Shown in pieces: positions 53,939-63,749 of a stretch of 64,000 nucleotides of DNA (its first letter is position 1; each line of letters begins with the position of its first letter). The stretch spans positions 27,395 to 91,394 of IMG/VR virus record IMGVR_UViG_3300036760_000193, one strand, 5' to 3'. Under the pieces are notes generated by a model. It was not told the DNA's origin, made no database searches, and worked only from the letters and a program-made list of their open reading frames with translations. Source of the DNA: a virus (taxonomy: Duplodnaviria > Heunggongvirae > Uroviricota > Caudoviricetes). The translations under genes were made by a program, and so were the position numbers.

Positions 53939-56624
53939 ATGTCTTAGCCTCTCCCCAATTCTTTCCGACTTTGAATTCGGCTCTCATGGGGACATTCACG
54001 CCAGCGATTGGGCGTTCCATTTCTTCCTTCATCGTGTCTATACCACGTTGAAAATCTTCTACATCCACTTCACAATAGATAGCATCATGAACTAAGATGA
54101 GCACTTGTCCTTTGATCCCCTTGGTTTTGAAAGCTAGTCTCATTCTATTAGCGGCGTTACATGTCATATCCGATGCTGCGGCTTGAATAGGGCTGTTCAT
54201 CGCTAACCGTTCATGTTCTTCTCGAACAAACTGCACTGGACTATCAATCCCAGGTAGTCTACGTACTCTACCAAAAATGTCTCTGATCTGTTTGTATTGC
54301 TTCACGGTTATAATAGCCATGTCTAGCCATTGCTTAGCAATAGGATATCGTGCAAGAAATTGGTTGATGATCTCTTGTGCTTTCGTAACTGGAAAGGGCT
54401 TCCCCGTATCCTGACTGATCTGATCTGCAATGCTCTCAGCCTGTCTTCCATACATAATACCAAACACAATACGCTTAGCGGCCTCTCTCATTTCTTTTGT
54501 CACTTGGTCTATAGTGACACCCCAGGCTATAGAAGCAGTCTTTTTGTGGATGTCAGGGCCTGATCCATCATCAGCGGCTACGATGTCTCGAATCATATCT
54601 GGGTCTTGGGAGTAATTCGCCCAATGTCTGAACTCTGCTTGCCCATAGTCCGACTCAATCCAAACTTTCCCAGGTCTTGGAATGAACAAACTCTTGATTT
54701 TGATTTCCGTACCATCTGATAGAATAACAGGAGACCGTGGTATGTTCTGTAAATTGGGGTCACTGCTTGATAGACGGCCTGTCACTGTCCCATGAATCAA
54801 GAAGCTAGAATGCAAAGCATAATTCGCATCTACTCTCTTCTCTAAGCCTTCCACATACTTGCTTAATACACCTACGACCTCTCGGTATTCCAATACCATC
54901 TTGGGGATTGGATGCAAAGGGGCTAAACTCTTAAGAACTTCCTCATCTACAGCTGGCTTCTGGCTCTTTGCTGTTAGCTTATTGACGGGTAACTTCAATT
55001 TATCAAAGAAGATACCAGCCAATTGATCGTTTGAACTAAAATTGAACTCGTCATCCACGTCTGTTAAATTAGACTCCGCACACTTCTTACGAAGTTCTAT
55101 CTCTCGTTTAGAAATCTCTTCAAGTAGTTTGCTCTTGAATTGCTCCAACCGATCTTTGTCTAACATAACACCAGTCAATTCTGCTTCTGTCAATGTCTCA
55201 TTCAACGGCATAACCAACTTACCCATCAATGACTGTAGATTCTCTTCTTCTATTCTAGGCTTAAACAACTCATACAGTCTGAATGTCACATCCGCATCCA
55301 TACCAGCATAAGGATATAAGACTTCTGGGGGTACATGCGCGTAGTTGCGTGACTTCTTTGATCCGCTGGTATTTTCGTCAAACCATTTTTCAAGAGGATC
55401 ATTGTATCCACCCATGTCTGTGTAGTTTTGAGCGCACTCTTTCAAATCGTGCATACCTTCTGCGTTCTCATTCAGAAGGTGGTGAGCAAGCATAGTGTCA
55501 AACCAGAATTTGTTCACCATGATGTTCATGTACTTAAATAAAAATTTGTTATCGAACTTCCCATTATGAGCTATCTTGATAGCATCATTGGCGAATGTCT
55601 TTCTCAACTTCTCTAAAATGTAATCCTTCTTGTCTCCCCACCAATCAAAATACTCATCAATCACTATGGTACTCTTCTTAGGAATCTCTTTGACTCCTGT
55701 CTCTACCCATTGCCCATTCACTTTCTTTTTGGTTTTACGCTTAACCATCTCGATATGTTCTTCTGGCCGTCCATTGTATCTAGTGATTGGCAATATGCAA
55801 GCTGTACCACTCTGCCAACTGAATGAAATACAAAGAACTTTTCCAGTCATGAAGTTAAGACTGTTGGTTTCTATATCATAAGAGAAGGCGGGTACAGTAT
55901 TAAGGCGGGTTATAAGTTGATCGAACTTCTCTGGGGTGTCTACAATCACATACTTTCCAAGTTGTCTTGGTGTAAGCTCTTTATACTCAGAAGATTTCTT
56001 GATACGTCTCAAATCTTCAATGGTAAATCCCTCAAATTCAGGAGAGCGGCGAAGCGTCATTGGATGATAAATAGGAATCACTTTGCAATTATATTTCTCA
56101 CTCCAGACTTCGGCTCCACGGGTTCCCTTAATAGTAGAGACCTTGCCAAATATACGTTTCACAGCAATGGTTCCCATAGGGACAATGATAGTAGGTTGGA
56201 TCGCCGCTATCTCTTTATCTAGATAATCGGCACAAGCTTCGATTTCGTCTTTTTTAGGTTCGCGGATTCTTTCAGGTGGGGGTGCTTTAGGGTAGCATCT
56301 TACTACTGTAGTCAAGAAGACCTCTTGAGCGGAAATTCCCGCTTTCCATAGAAGTCTCTTTACTTCTTTGCCGATTGGGCCACCCCATACATCACCAGAT
56401 TCATCTTCTGGGGAACCAGGCCACTCACCGATAAGCATTATTTTGGCGGTGAGTGATCCCTTGCCGTTTACTACTTTTTTACGACCTTGGCACAATCCGC
56501 ATTTTTGACATGCGCTATTTTGTAGGTCTAACATTGCGTTTCTTTGCTTTAACTCTTCTTGGTTGCCTTTTCGATTGTTTTGGATACACAAGTTTCCCAT
56601 TAGCATCTGGGAATGTGAACTCAA
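53907..56624 (-). CDS. family A DNA polymerase with an N-terminal family-4 UDG-like domain (SPO1 type, 905 aa)
   Basis: N-terminal GEWPGSPEDESGDVWGGPIGK (UDG family 4); 3'-5' exo motifs; PolA motif B RIVFGIMYG and motif C VHDAI. Confidence 0.8.
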   Translation of the reverse strand: MSSHSQMLMGNLCIQNNRKGNQEELKQRNAMLDLQNSACQKCGLCQGRKKVVNGKGSLTAKIMLIGEWPGSPEDESGDVWGGPIGKEVKRLLWKAGISAQEVFLTTVVRCYPKAPPPERIREPKKDEIEACADYLDKEIAAIQPTIIVPMGTIAVKRIFGKVSTIKGTRGAEVWSEKYNCKVIPIYHPMTLRRSPEFEGFTIEDLRRIKKSSEYKELTPRQLGKYVIVDTPEKFDQLITRLNTVPAFSYDIETNSLNFMTGKVLCISFSWQSGTACILPITRYNGRPEEHIEMVKRKTKKKVNGQWVETGVKEIPKKSTIVIDEYFDWWGDKKDYILEKLRKTFANDAIKIAHNGKFDNKFLFKYMNIMVNKFWFDTMLAHHLLNENAEGMHDLKECAQNYTDMGGYNDPLEKWFDENTSGSKKSRNYAHVPPEVLYPYAGMDADVTFRLYELFKPRIEEENLQSLMGKLVMPLNETLTEAELTGVMLDKDRLEQFKSKLLEEISKREIELRKKCAESNLTDVDDEFNFSSNDQLAGIFFDKLKLPVNKLTAKSQKPAVDEEVLKSLAPLHPIPKMVLEYREVVGVLSKYVEGLEKRVDANYALHSSFLIHGTVTGRLSSSDPNLQNIPRSPVILSDGTEIKIKSLFIPRPGKVWIESDYGQAEFRHWANYSQDPDMIRDIVAADDGSGPDIHKKTASIAWGVTIDQVTKEMREAAKRIVFGIMYGRQAESIADQISQDTGKPFPVTKAQEIINQFLARYPIAKQWLDMAIITVKQYKQIRDIFGRVRRLPGIDSPVQFVREEHERLAMNSPIQAAASDMTCNAANRMRLAFKTKGIKGQVLILVHDAIYCEVDVEDFQRGIDTMKEEMERPIAGVNVPMRAEFKVGKNWGEAKTYEFKKELVAR

Positions 56625-57039
56625 TTTGTCTTAAAATATCTTTGATCCGTGGGTCATCAGATAATACTTCACCTACTATGTACATAATAACAGTGATCGC
56701 ATCAAGGTGAGGAATGTTGGTTCGCTTGAACTCATGCCCGTCAATCAAAATCGGAGGCAATTGATTCAATCTAGGAAGTTCAACACCATCTTTCTTAGGT
56801 GATGCTGCTTGTACTACTGTATTAGGATTGCGACCAGCTAAAAGTCCACCCTTTTCAACTTGCTCTTTGATAAGATCAGCTGGAGTATCTGTAGGTTGTG
56901 GTGTTCTTTTAATCATTGCGTCAGCGAGATTGTGTATGATCTTGGCGGTCTCAGGTATGTCAGACGCCTTCTCTTTCATCTCTCTGCGAATCTGATCTAG
57001 CTTAGTTTCTCTAGCCTCTAAGTCGTTCATTTTAGCCAA
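56515..57039 (-). CDS. hypothetical protein (174 aa)
   Basis: Minus ORF. Confidence 0.4.
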   Translation of the reverse strand: MAKMNDLEARETKLDQIRREMKEKASDIPETAKIIHNLADAMIKRTPQPTDTPADLIKEQVEKGGLLAGRNPNTVVQAASPKKDGVELPRLNQLPPILIDGHEFKRTNIPHLDAITVIMYIVGEVLSDDPRIKDILRQIEFTFPDANGKLVYPKQSKRQPRRVKAKKRNVRPTK

Positions 57040-57407
57040 TCTTTGTTCAACTTTTTGTTCAGTAATTCAATGGAATAGTCAATTACGAAGCTGATTGCAT
57101 ACTTCTTCACTTTCTTTTCCAAGAAATCAGGAACCCAAGGAATGTCAAAGTCCAGTAATCGTGATAGAACGTCCACTGATATCTCTTTCTTCTCTTCTCC
57201 CGTCAATCCTCCGAACAAGTTGTCCTTGCCAAGTTTCTCAACCTCTGTCAAAACCAAATCAATTGAAGTGAGAATTGCTCTTACATCTTTAACATCGAAT
57301 CCATCACCACGATCTACAAGTTTAACTTGTGAACTCGTCGATTGAATTGTGTTATATATCTCTTCCGCTATCTTCTTTGTGTCAACACTCATTTTATTGC
57401 CTCCCAT
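57027..57407 (-). CDS. hypothetical protein (126 aa)
   Basis: Minus ORF. Confidence 0.4.
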   Translation of the reverse strand: MGGNKMSVDTKKIAEEIYNTIQSTSSQVKLVDRGDGFDVKDVRAILTSIDLVLTEVEKLGKDNLFGGLTGEEKKEISVDVLSRLLDFDIPWVPDFLEKKVKKYAISFVIDYSIELLNKKLNKDWLK

Positions 57408-57991
57408 TTATTATTTTTTACTATATTCTCTTTTGGAGTTAAATATTGTAAATTCCAAACTACATGTAAACCCGAAACTAATTTTCCATTCAAAGGTATT
57501 ATATGGTCAACTTGATAACCTTTAGGACAATTCCTATAAAATTCGTTAATTCCTTCCTTACCAAATTCTATTTTTCCGCGCACCCGACGTTTTGCTTCAT
57601 TTTGGTTTCTAATGAATTGATTTTTTCTATCCCAATTTCTATGATGTTTAGCTCGTTTCTCTGGATACTTAGAAATCCACATTTTATTTAATTCTTTACA
57701 TCGTTCAAGATGTAATTGACGCCATTCTTTACTGAGAATCTTAGATTTTTCTCTATTGTTACATCGCCAATGGCTACTTGTTCTATTGACTTTTTCTTTA
57801 TTTCTATTACGCCAAGACTTATTCCAAGTTCGTTGACATTCTGAACAATGCCCTTGATTATCACTACCCACTTCACGTTTATCGTGCCCATGTATACAAA
57901 AATTACTTTTTTTCATTATCTTTGTTATTTTTTTTATCAGACTCATCTTTTTTAGATTTGCCAAAAAGCTTCTTGAAAAAGTTCTCAACAA
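57389..57991 (-). CDS. HNH homing endonuclease (200 aa)
   Basis: C..H...C..C Zn motif; C-terminal [12 protein letters not shown]...[10 protein letters not shown]; very AT-rich locus. Confidence 0.65.
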   Translation of the reverse strand: MLRTFSRSFLANLKKMSLIKKITKIMKKSNFCIHGHDKREVGSDNQGHCSECQRTWNKSWRNRNKEKVNRTSSHWRCNNREKSKILSKEWRQLHLERCKELNKMWISKYPEKRAKHHRNWDRKNQFIRNQNEAKRRVRGKIEFGKEGINEFYRNCPKGYQVDHIIPLNGKLVSGLHVVWNLQYLTPKENIVKNNKWEAIK

Positions 57992-58132
57992 CTCTTATAT
58001 CCACAGAATAAGAGACATGAATGCCTTTATCTTCGCGTTTTTTTAAGAAATCTTTGAAGTCAAATCCCATAAGTTTTCCCTATCTTATTATACGAAAAAA
58101 GATAGAGTTACAAAAGGGAGCTTAATTGTATT

Positions 58133-59104
58133 TTAGGATTGTTTTGAAGCTTGTTCAAGCTTCTTGTGGAGATACTGTCGAAGCAGAGTGAGAGTCCTGT
58201 TGTTGATAAGTTTGGACACTTGTTTCCATTCGACGGCACCATCGGCGGTGAGTTTGTCTATTTCAGTTTTGCCTTCACGGAGAATATCTAGGTTCATCTC
58301 TTTTAGGACGTGTGGAGTTTCGTCAAGGCTGGTAACTATAATTCCTTGATCTCTCAAATGATCCATAACATGTTCCAAACGGGTATCTGTCACGAACTCA
58401 TCTGCAAAAGTGTGTACATCATTGGGCAAAGGAACGAAATCTTTCTTCTCTTTCTCAGATTTACGCTCCGACCACCTAGCGGCTTTGTATTTCGTTATCA
58501 ACCATTGGCCTGTGTTTTCATTTATAATTGACTTCGTAGGCTTAATTACAATTCCCTCATGAAGGTTGTTCTCAGTCTCTACTCCAAGCTCTTTGGCGAC
58601 CGTGGACTGAACATCAAGTAACTTATCAAATATGTCAAGTTTCGGAAATCCTCGGTAAAGCTCTGGCACCGTGCGTAACCCAATAGCATTGGAGAAGCGT
58701 ACCACGTCATCCCAATCTTGGTACTTACCATTGAGACGAACATCGAAAACTCTGAACTGTTTTTCTTTACCATAGTTGACACCCTTTTGGATGCCAGACC
58801 CAAACCATTCACCAAAGAAGATGATATTATCGCCGCGAAAGAATACACTGATTCGATTGGCTAGTGCGGACTCCCTCACCCATTTAACAAATCCCATCAC
58901 AGAATCCCCTTGCTCATCGTTGGTATGGTCTTGATTGCGACCACCTATACGGACTGTACCCTCTACCAACCCCACACGGGCATTTGTACCATGTATCTTT
59001 TCAGTGCAGACTACCTCTGGTTGTAGAAAAATGTTTTGGCATTCTGGTTTCGTTAATGATTCCAAATGCTGATATTTGACGAATCCGTCATTAGAGTCCT
59101 CCAT
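58133..59104 (-). CDS. RNA ligase, Rnl2 family (323 aa)
   Basis: Motif I EKIHGTN (ligase nucleotidyltransferase lysine); size near T4 Rnl2. Confidence 0.65.
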   Translation of the reverse strand: MEDSNDGFVKYQHLESLTKPECQNIFLQPEVVCTEKIHGTNARVGLVEGTVRIGGRNQDHTNDEQGDSVMGFVKWVRESALANRISVFFRGDNIIFFGEWFGSGIQKGVNYGKEKQFRVFDVRLNGKYQDWDDVVRFSNAIGLRTVPELYRGFPKLDIFDKLLDVQSTVAKELGVETENNLHEGIVIKPTKSIINENTGQWLITKYKAARWSERKSEKEKKDFVPLPNDVHTFADEFVTDTRLEHVMDHLRDQGIIVTSLDETPHVLKEMNLDILREGKTEIDKLTADGAVEWKQVSKLINNRTLTLLRQYLHKKLEQASKQS

Positions 59105-59570
59105 ACATTTCCTCCTTGCGTGAGTCTAGGCAGTCTTTAAGTTCTGGCTCCAACTCAAAAAGTCTCTCAAAAGTTTTTATACTAACACAGGTCAATTTAT
59201 CTACAGGCGACGGCAATTCCACGATACAATCCGTCACGTCAAACTGCGCTTCTAGGTCTGTTGTATAATGATCTATCGAAGCGCGGGGCATTTCAACCAA
59301 ATCATCTGGCTTTTTAAGCTCTGATTGTTTGTAAAGCCAAAATCCAGAGACTTCTGTATGTTCAGGATGCTCCATGACCATTTCTGGGGCGTCTGTTTCA
59401 ACAATATATTTGCAGTATGATCCAATAATCAAAAATGGGTTTACTGAACCAATAGAATTCAGATTACGAATCACGAACGGCTTGTCCTGATCTTTGTCGA
59501 TACCTGGGATATCAAAGTCTTTGCTGTTGTCTATGAGATAAAGGGCTATCTCTTTTGTAATCCTATACAC
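59091..59570 (-). CDS. hypothetical protein (159 aa)
   Basis: Minus ORF. Confidence 0.4.
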   Translation of the reverse strand: MYRITKEIALYLIDNSKDFDIPGIDKDQDKPFVIRNLNSIGSVNPFLIIGSYCKYIVETDAPEMVMEHPEHTEVSGFWLYKQSELKKPDDLVEMPRASIDHYTTDLEAQFDVTDCIVELPSPVDKLTCVSIKTFERLFELEPELKDCLDSRKEEMYGGL

Positions 59571-59571
59571 G

Positions 59572-59832
59572 TTATTTCCTCCTATACTTAAAGTAAAGTG
59601 CGAAGTAAAAAACTAAAAATGTCATTCCTATGCCGTGGCTAAACACTATCGGCCAAGCTTGAATAGATATGCTGTAAATCAATCCGCATGTATAAGCTGC
59701 GAACAAGAAGAACAAGTACCCTGCGCTGATGTCGTCTACCTTCTTTGTCTTAACTATTTTTACAATCTGAGGTACATAGCTCACATTGAAACAAATCGTT
59801 GTTAACCAACCAAGCAGAGTATAGAATGTCAT
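59572..59832 (-). CDS. PQ-loop / SemiSWEET-like 3-TM membrane protein (86 aa)
   Basis: Three hydrophobic helices; conserved PQ (NVSYVPQIVKIVKTKK). Confidence 0.45.
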   Translation of the reverse strand: MTFYTLLGWLTTICFNVSYVPQIVKIVKTKKVDDISAGYLFFLFAAYTCGLIYSISIQAWPIVFSHGIGMTFLVFYFALYFKYRRK

Positions 59833-60371
59833 CGTCTGCGCTTCTTTGCTTTGGGAGTTAATAGCAACTCTATCAGTTGTATAGCACGATCTTTAATCAG
59901 AGGTGGACGTGTCTTCGTTTTGTATTTTGATAGCATTTTCTTGGTTATCTGGATGTCTACAGTTGTCTTACGTATTGCGTTTTCTATTGCGTCCAATTCT
60001 AAATTGTATTTAATCGTATTGCGCTTCAATCGTTCTTTTGCTGTCTTCTTATCATGGCAGGGATCACAAATTCGCTGCAAGTTCTTCTTCTCACAAAACA
60101 GACGATCATGAAATATATTCCAGTCTTTGAATCCTTTTTCTTCGTCAATGACTGGGATCATGTGATCTACTTCCATGAACTTCCTCATCACCCAATTCCC
60201 GCAAACCTGACAATTAAACTGTACTTCATCTACTTTGTGTCTGCTACCATCTTTCTTATATCTGGGTACAGCCCGCCTTCCTTCGTTAAGAACCTCTATG
60301 ACAATAGGAGACCTAGCAAATATTCTTCTCCAAGCTCCACGACAAGCGGCATTCTCATTCCATGTTCGCAC
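59829..60371 (-). CDS. HNH homing endonuclease (180 aa)
   Basis: CQVCGN...EVDHMIPV...ICDPCHDKKT motif. Confidence 0.65.
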   Translation of the reverse strand: MRTWNENAACRGAWRRIFARSPIVIEVLNEGRRAVPRYKKDGSRHKVDEVQFNCQVCGNWVMRKFMEVDHMIPVIDEEKGFKDWNIFHDRLFCEKKNLQRICDPCHDKKTAKERLKRNTIKYNLELDAIENAIRKTTVDIQITKKMLSKYKTKTRPPLIKDRAIQLIELLLTPKAKKRRR

Positions 60372-60567
60372 GACGTTTGATTACCCCTTTCGAGTGTCTG
60401 ATAATTCTGTCTCCTAGACGCTCTCCACCAAAGCCATTTTCCTCTGCGGAACAACCACATGCGGGACATAGAACATATCCAACGGGTTTTGCCTTCGCTT
60501 TAACTTCAAACTCTGCAAAAAAATGACGACAATGTAATTGTGTACACAAATATAGATACAAGTTCAT
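60355..60567 (-). CDS. hypothetical zinc-ribbon protein (70 aa)
   Basis: CPACGC motif. Confidence 0.3.
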   Translation of the reverse strand: MNLYLYLCTQLHCRHFFAEFEVKAKAKPVGYVLCPACGCSAEENGFGGERLGDRIIRHSKGVIKRRANME

Positions 60568-61199
60568 GATGGTCTCTCTTCGGCTTTTGACAAGTCCCCC
60601 GTCTTAGATACTTCAAAAATACGATGTGCTTTGCCAGCAATGACAGGACTATGAGTAATCAGAATCGTCTGCAACGTAAGCTTCTCTGACACTTGCCGAA
60701 CGAACTCACCTAATGGTTCTTGATCTGATACACTGACAAACTTAAAATTCTCATCAAGAATCATGATCCTAGAAAGCACTGGCTCCCACTTTAATAGCAG
60801 AGCAATCTTCAAGGGGTATGTCACAATATCGGCAATACTGCCGCCACACGAATCCAATATGTCGTATTCCCGCTGCGTGGCTTTGTCGAATACTACAAAT
60901 TTCACATCCACCTGGTTACGTTCCGTGGACAGAAGCATACGAAACTCAAGGTTTGGGTCTTTGACCTTCTGAAGTGCATCGGTAACAATGTTGCTTATAC
61001 GATCAATTATCTGCTGCCGTGTCGTATCTGAAAGGGTTTGTAAGAATACCGATGCTTTACCCAGCGTATCTGTGTCCCGATCAATGGCTCCTAGCCTGTC
61101 ATTGGATTGCGACAGTTTCCGCGACAAAGTGTCGCGTCTGCCAAGCTTGACATAAAGCGCGTTATTCAACTGTTGGTACTCTATTTTAAGATCAATCAT
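60564..61199 (-). CDS. sbcC: SbcC/Rad50-like ABC ATPase, C-terminal half (211 aa)
   Basis: N-terminal coiled coil, then signature-like DSCGGSIADIV, Walker B RIMILDE and H-loop ILITHSP. Confidence 0.6.
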   Translation of the reverse strand: MIDLKIEYQQLNNALYVKLGRRDTLSRKLSQSNDRLGAIDRDTDTLGKASVFLQTLSDTTRQQIIDRISNIVTDALQKVKDPNLEFRMLLSTERNQVDVKFVVFDKATQREYDILDSCGGSIADIVTYPLKIALLLKWEPVLSRIMILDENFKFVSVSDQEPLGEFVRQVSEKLTLQTILITHSPVIAGKAHRIFEVSKTGDLSKAEERPS

Positions 61200-61214
61200 A
61201 TTTATTTTAATGTT

Positions 61215-61583
61215 TTAATGTTCCAAATACCATCTTACTGCTGCCATAAATACGGGGTTTTCTATTACCCCAAGACGAACATTACATTGGGTGCATAACA
61301 AACCTCTGACTCTATTAGTATTATGGTCATGATCTACTGATAATTTTTTACGTTTTCTACAGATAGCACAACGATAATTCTGTTTTCTGCGTAATCTGTC
61401 AAATTCTCCTTCTTGCATACCATAAATTCTTTTATAATGCCAATCTCTATGAAATATTTTATCGTGAGATAACCCATGAACAAAATTCGGATTCTTCTTC
61501 CCTTTTCTGTCTCTTAAAATAGAAAGAAGCTTATCCCCATTATTACGCATTTTAATTGGTAATTTTCTACGATCTAAAAGCAT
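61215..61583 (-). CDS. HNH homing endonuclease (122 aa)
   Basis: CAICRKRKKLSVDHDHNTNRVRGLLCTQCN motif. Confidence 0.7.
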   Translation of the reverse strand: MLLDRRKLPIKMRNNGDKLLSILRDRKGKKNPNFVHGLSHDKIFHRDWHYKRIYGMQEGEFDRLRRKQNYRCAICRKRKKLSVDHDHNTNRVRGLLCTQCNVRLGVIENPVFMAAVRWYLEH

Positions 61584-61815
61584 TGAACTGCTCCAGCTGC
61601 GCTTTGATGTCTTTGACCTCTTTAGAAAGCTCTTCTTCCTGCTGCTGAATAGCGGCCTCGATGCCCTTGGGGTCTACTCCTAACGCTTTGCACTCTTCCA
61701 AAAGCTGCGCTTTCTCGCTCTCTAGAGTCTGTAACCGTGTAGCAGTCTCAATCTTACGCACTTGGATACTCTCAAGCTCTCGTTTCAATCTTAGAATATC
61801 GTCATCAATACTCAC
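61567..61815 (-). CDS. coiled-coil protein, probably the descending coiled-coil segment of split SbcC/Rad50 (82 aa)
   Basis: Heptad-rich E/K/Q sequence; position between sbcD and the HNH gene. Confidence 0.4.
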   Translation of the reverse strand: MSIDDDILRLKRELESIQVRKIETATRLQTLESEKAQLLEECKALGVDPKGIEAAIQQQEEELSKEVKDIKAQLEQFNAFRS

Positions 61816-62744
61816 TTAAGCACCTCTTTCGCTTCTCGAAGTTTTGTCAAAATCAGTTCTAAAATTTCCCCGCCTACATCTTGCGCTTTCCCGACCGTTC
61901 GTACTACTTGTTCAATGTCGATGTCCTGAAACGATGTCTCTTCAAGGCTTCTAGCAAACTGTTCAATGTTTCGTTCCTGCTGTTTCAATATCTCTACAGC
62001 ATCCACATCAAAAATTTCATGTCCTGGCCGCGAAGATGTCAATTTCCTATAAGCTACATTTAACTTCCCCTTGTTGACGGTAATAAAAAGCACTTGAGGA
62101 GTATGATCTCTTTCAGTAATCTTCCAACGGCTGACCGCCCCAGGATTGATCCATCTTGTTTTACCATTGGTGTAATCAAATGCTACATGGTAATGACCAC
62201 ACAACACTAGGTCTGCATTGGTCTTGATATCTTTGGGATGAACAAATCCCCACGGCATACTGTCCGTTGGTATGACATAATTATGGGAGAGAATGATTTT
62301 TATATGATCGTCATATTTGCTGTCAAACATGTAATCTTTATTGAAGTCAAGGGATGAGTGAACTGCCTTTACCACCACCTTCTCTTTATCTTGCCACACC
62401 ATGTTCTCCAACCGCTCCACCGCACCTGACTCAAATAACACTCCCAGGCCACTGTTAATCACACTATCCAAATTGTACCCTGTGATGTCATGGTTCCCGA
62501 TCACTCCCACTATAGGCTTACTCAACATCTTGCACCAGTCAAGGATATGAACCACCAACCTATGGGACGGCTTCTTTGTATTGAAAAAGTCCCCACCATG
62601 TAGAATCACATCTATATCTTCTTCATTACAAATATGCAGAACCTCTCCAAGCTCATCAAACTGCGCCTTCATGATGTCATCCGTCCGACCTTTCGGCTTG
62701 TCATCGCGGTAATGCGTATCTGTTAGGAACAAAAACTTAAGCAT
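61812..62744 (-). CDS. sbcD: SbcD/Mre11-like nuclease (calcineurin-like phosphoesterase, 310 aa)
   Basis: Motifs DTH, GGDFF, GNHD, GHYH. Confidence 0.75.
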   Translation of the reverse strand: MLKFLFLTDTHYRDDKPKGRTDDIMKAQFDELGEVLHICNEEDIDVILHGGDFFNTKKPSHRLVVHILDWCKMLSKPIVGVIGNHDITGYNLDSVINSGLGVLFESGAVERLENMVWQDKEKVVVKAVHSSLDFNKDYMFDSKYDDHIKIILSHNYVIPTDSMPWGFVHPKDIKTNADLVLCGHYHVAFDYTNGKTRWINPGAVSRWKITERDHTPQVLFITVNKGKLNVAYRKLTSSRPGHEIFDVDAVEILKQQERNIEQFARSLEETSFQDIDIEQVVRTVGKAQDVGGEILELILTKLREAKEVLK

Positions 62745-63747
62745 TAAGATTCTCCAAAATCTGTTGGCATGTGTGATCGTCTATTGAACCAAAACATGTC
62801 GGACACTTCTGATTCTTTTGAAGTATAGCTACATACTTCTCTTTTGACAATCGTTCTGTGGTAGTAGTGTCTTCCAATAATGTTTTTGTGGATTTGTACA
62901 CAGTCGAAAATCGTTGCACTCGGTCGAAAAGTGCCCTTATTTTCTTAAGAGAGTCGAATTTCTCAATAAGGTTGTCTGTGTTCGTGACCGTTATGCTTTG
63001 AAGTTCTGCATGAAGCTGCTTGATAACGGTATAATCCTGCTTCCAGGAAGAAACTCGCCCAAACAACTCTTTCAACTTCTCCAATCTTTCTTGTGCTTGC
63101 GATAAGCTCTCGATACGCTGCCCAATCTTTTCCAACTGAATCTTTTCTGCATCCAAATGATCGAACTGTACAAGCTCAACACCAAGGTCTAACACTTCTT
63201 TTTCTAGGACTGTCTTCTCACCACTTAGCCGTTTCTTATCCCTGTTGATCTCTCTTAGAGCGTAGTCCAAATAATGCGCCTTTGATAGCTTGCCAAGAAC
63301 TTTAGCCTTATATGCCCCAGGGTTTGACAATAGAAATAGGTTGTCCAATTGGCTTGATAAGTTCAAGTTGATCTCTTCTTTGTCACCTACCTGCGCCTTA
63401 AAAATATGCAGAAGCTTCTCAATCTCTTCTGGCACATGCGTACCAAAATTGGAATAAATCTGCTCTGGTAGCTCTGGCACCCGCACAACGTACCGATTGA
63501 CCTTTTCCCCCTTCTCTCGAATCACCACGGTCTGGTTGTCCATGACCAAGGCGATACGACAAAAAGCGGCTCCGTTCCGAACCCAACTTGACTCCCATTG
63601 TCCGAAAAGGATAAAAGAAAGGGCACGAACGATTGCGCTCTTCCCGCTGTTACCTGTTCCTACAATGCAGTTGAAGTTAGGATGGAAGTCTAAGACGGTC
63701 TCTTTATGAGACTGAAAGTTCTCAATCCTTAACTGCTTTATCCACAT
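62737..63747 (-). CDS. sbcC: SbcC/Rad50-like ATPase, N-terminal half with coiled coil and CxxC zinc hook (336 aa)
   Basis: Walker A GTGNSGKSAI; long coiled coil; CPTC hook 20 aa before the stop. Confidence 0.65.
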   Translation of the reverse strand: MWIKQLRIENFQSHKETVLDFHPNFNCIVGTGNSGKSAIVRALSFILFGQWESSWVRNGAAFCRIALVMDNQTVVIREKGEKVNRYVVRVPELPEQIYSNFGTHVPEEIEKLLHIFKAQVGDKEEINLNLSSQLDNLFLLSNPGAYKAKVLGKLSKAHYLDYALREINRDKKRLSGEKTVLEKEVLDLGVELVQFDHLDAEKIQLEKIGQRIESLSQAQERLEKLKELFGRVSSWKQDYTVIKQLHAELQSITVTNTDNLIEKFDSLKKIRALFDRVQRFSTVYKSTKTLLEDTTTTERLSKEKYVAILQKNQKCPTCFGSIDDHTCQQILENLNA

Positions 63748-63749
63748 TA

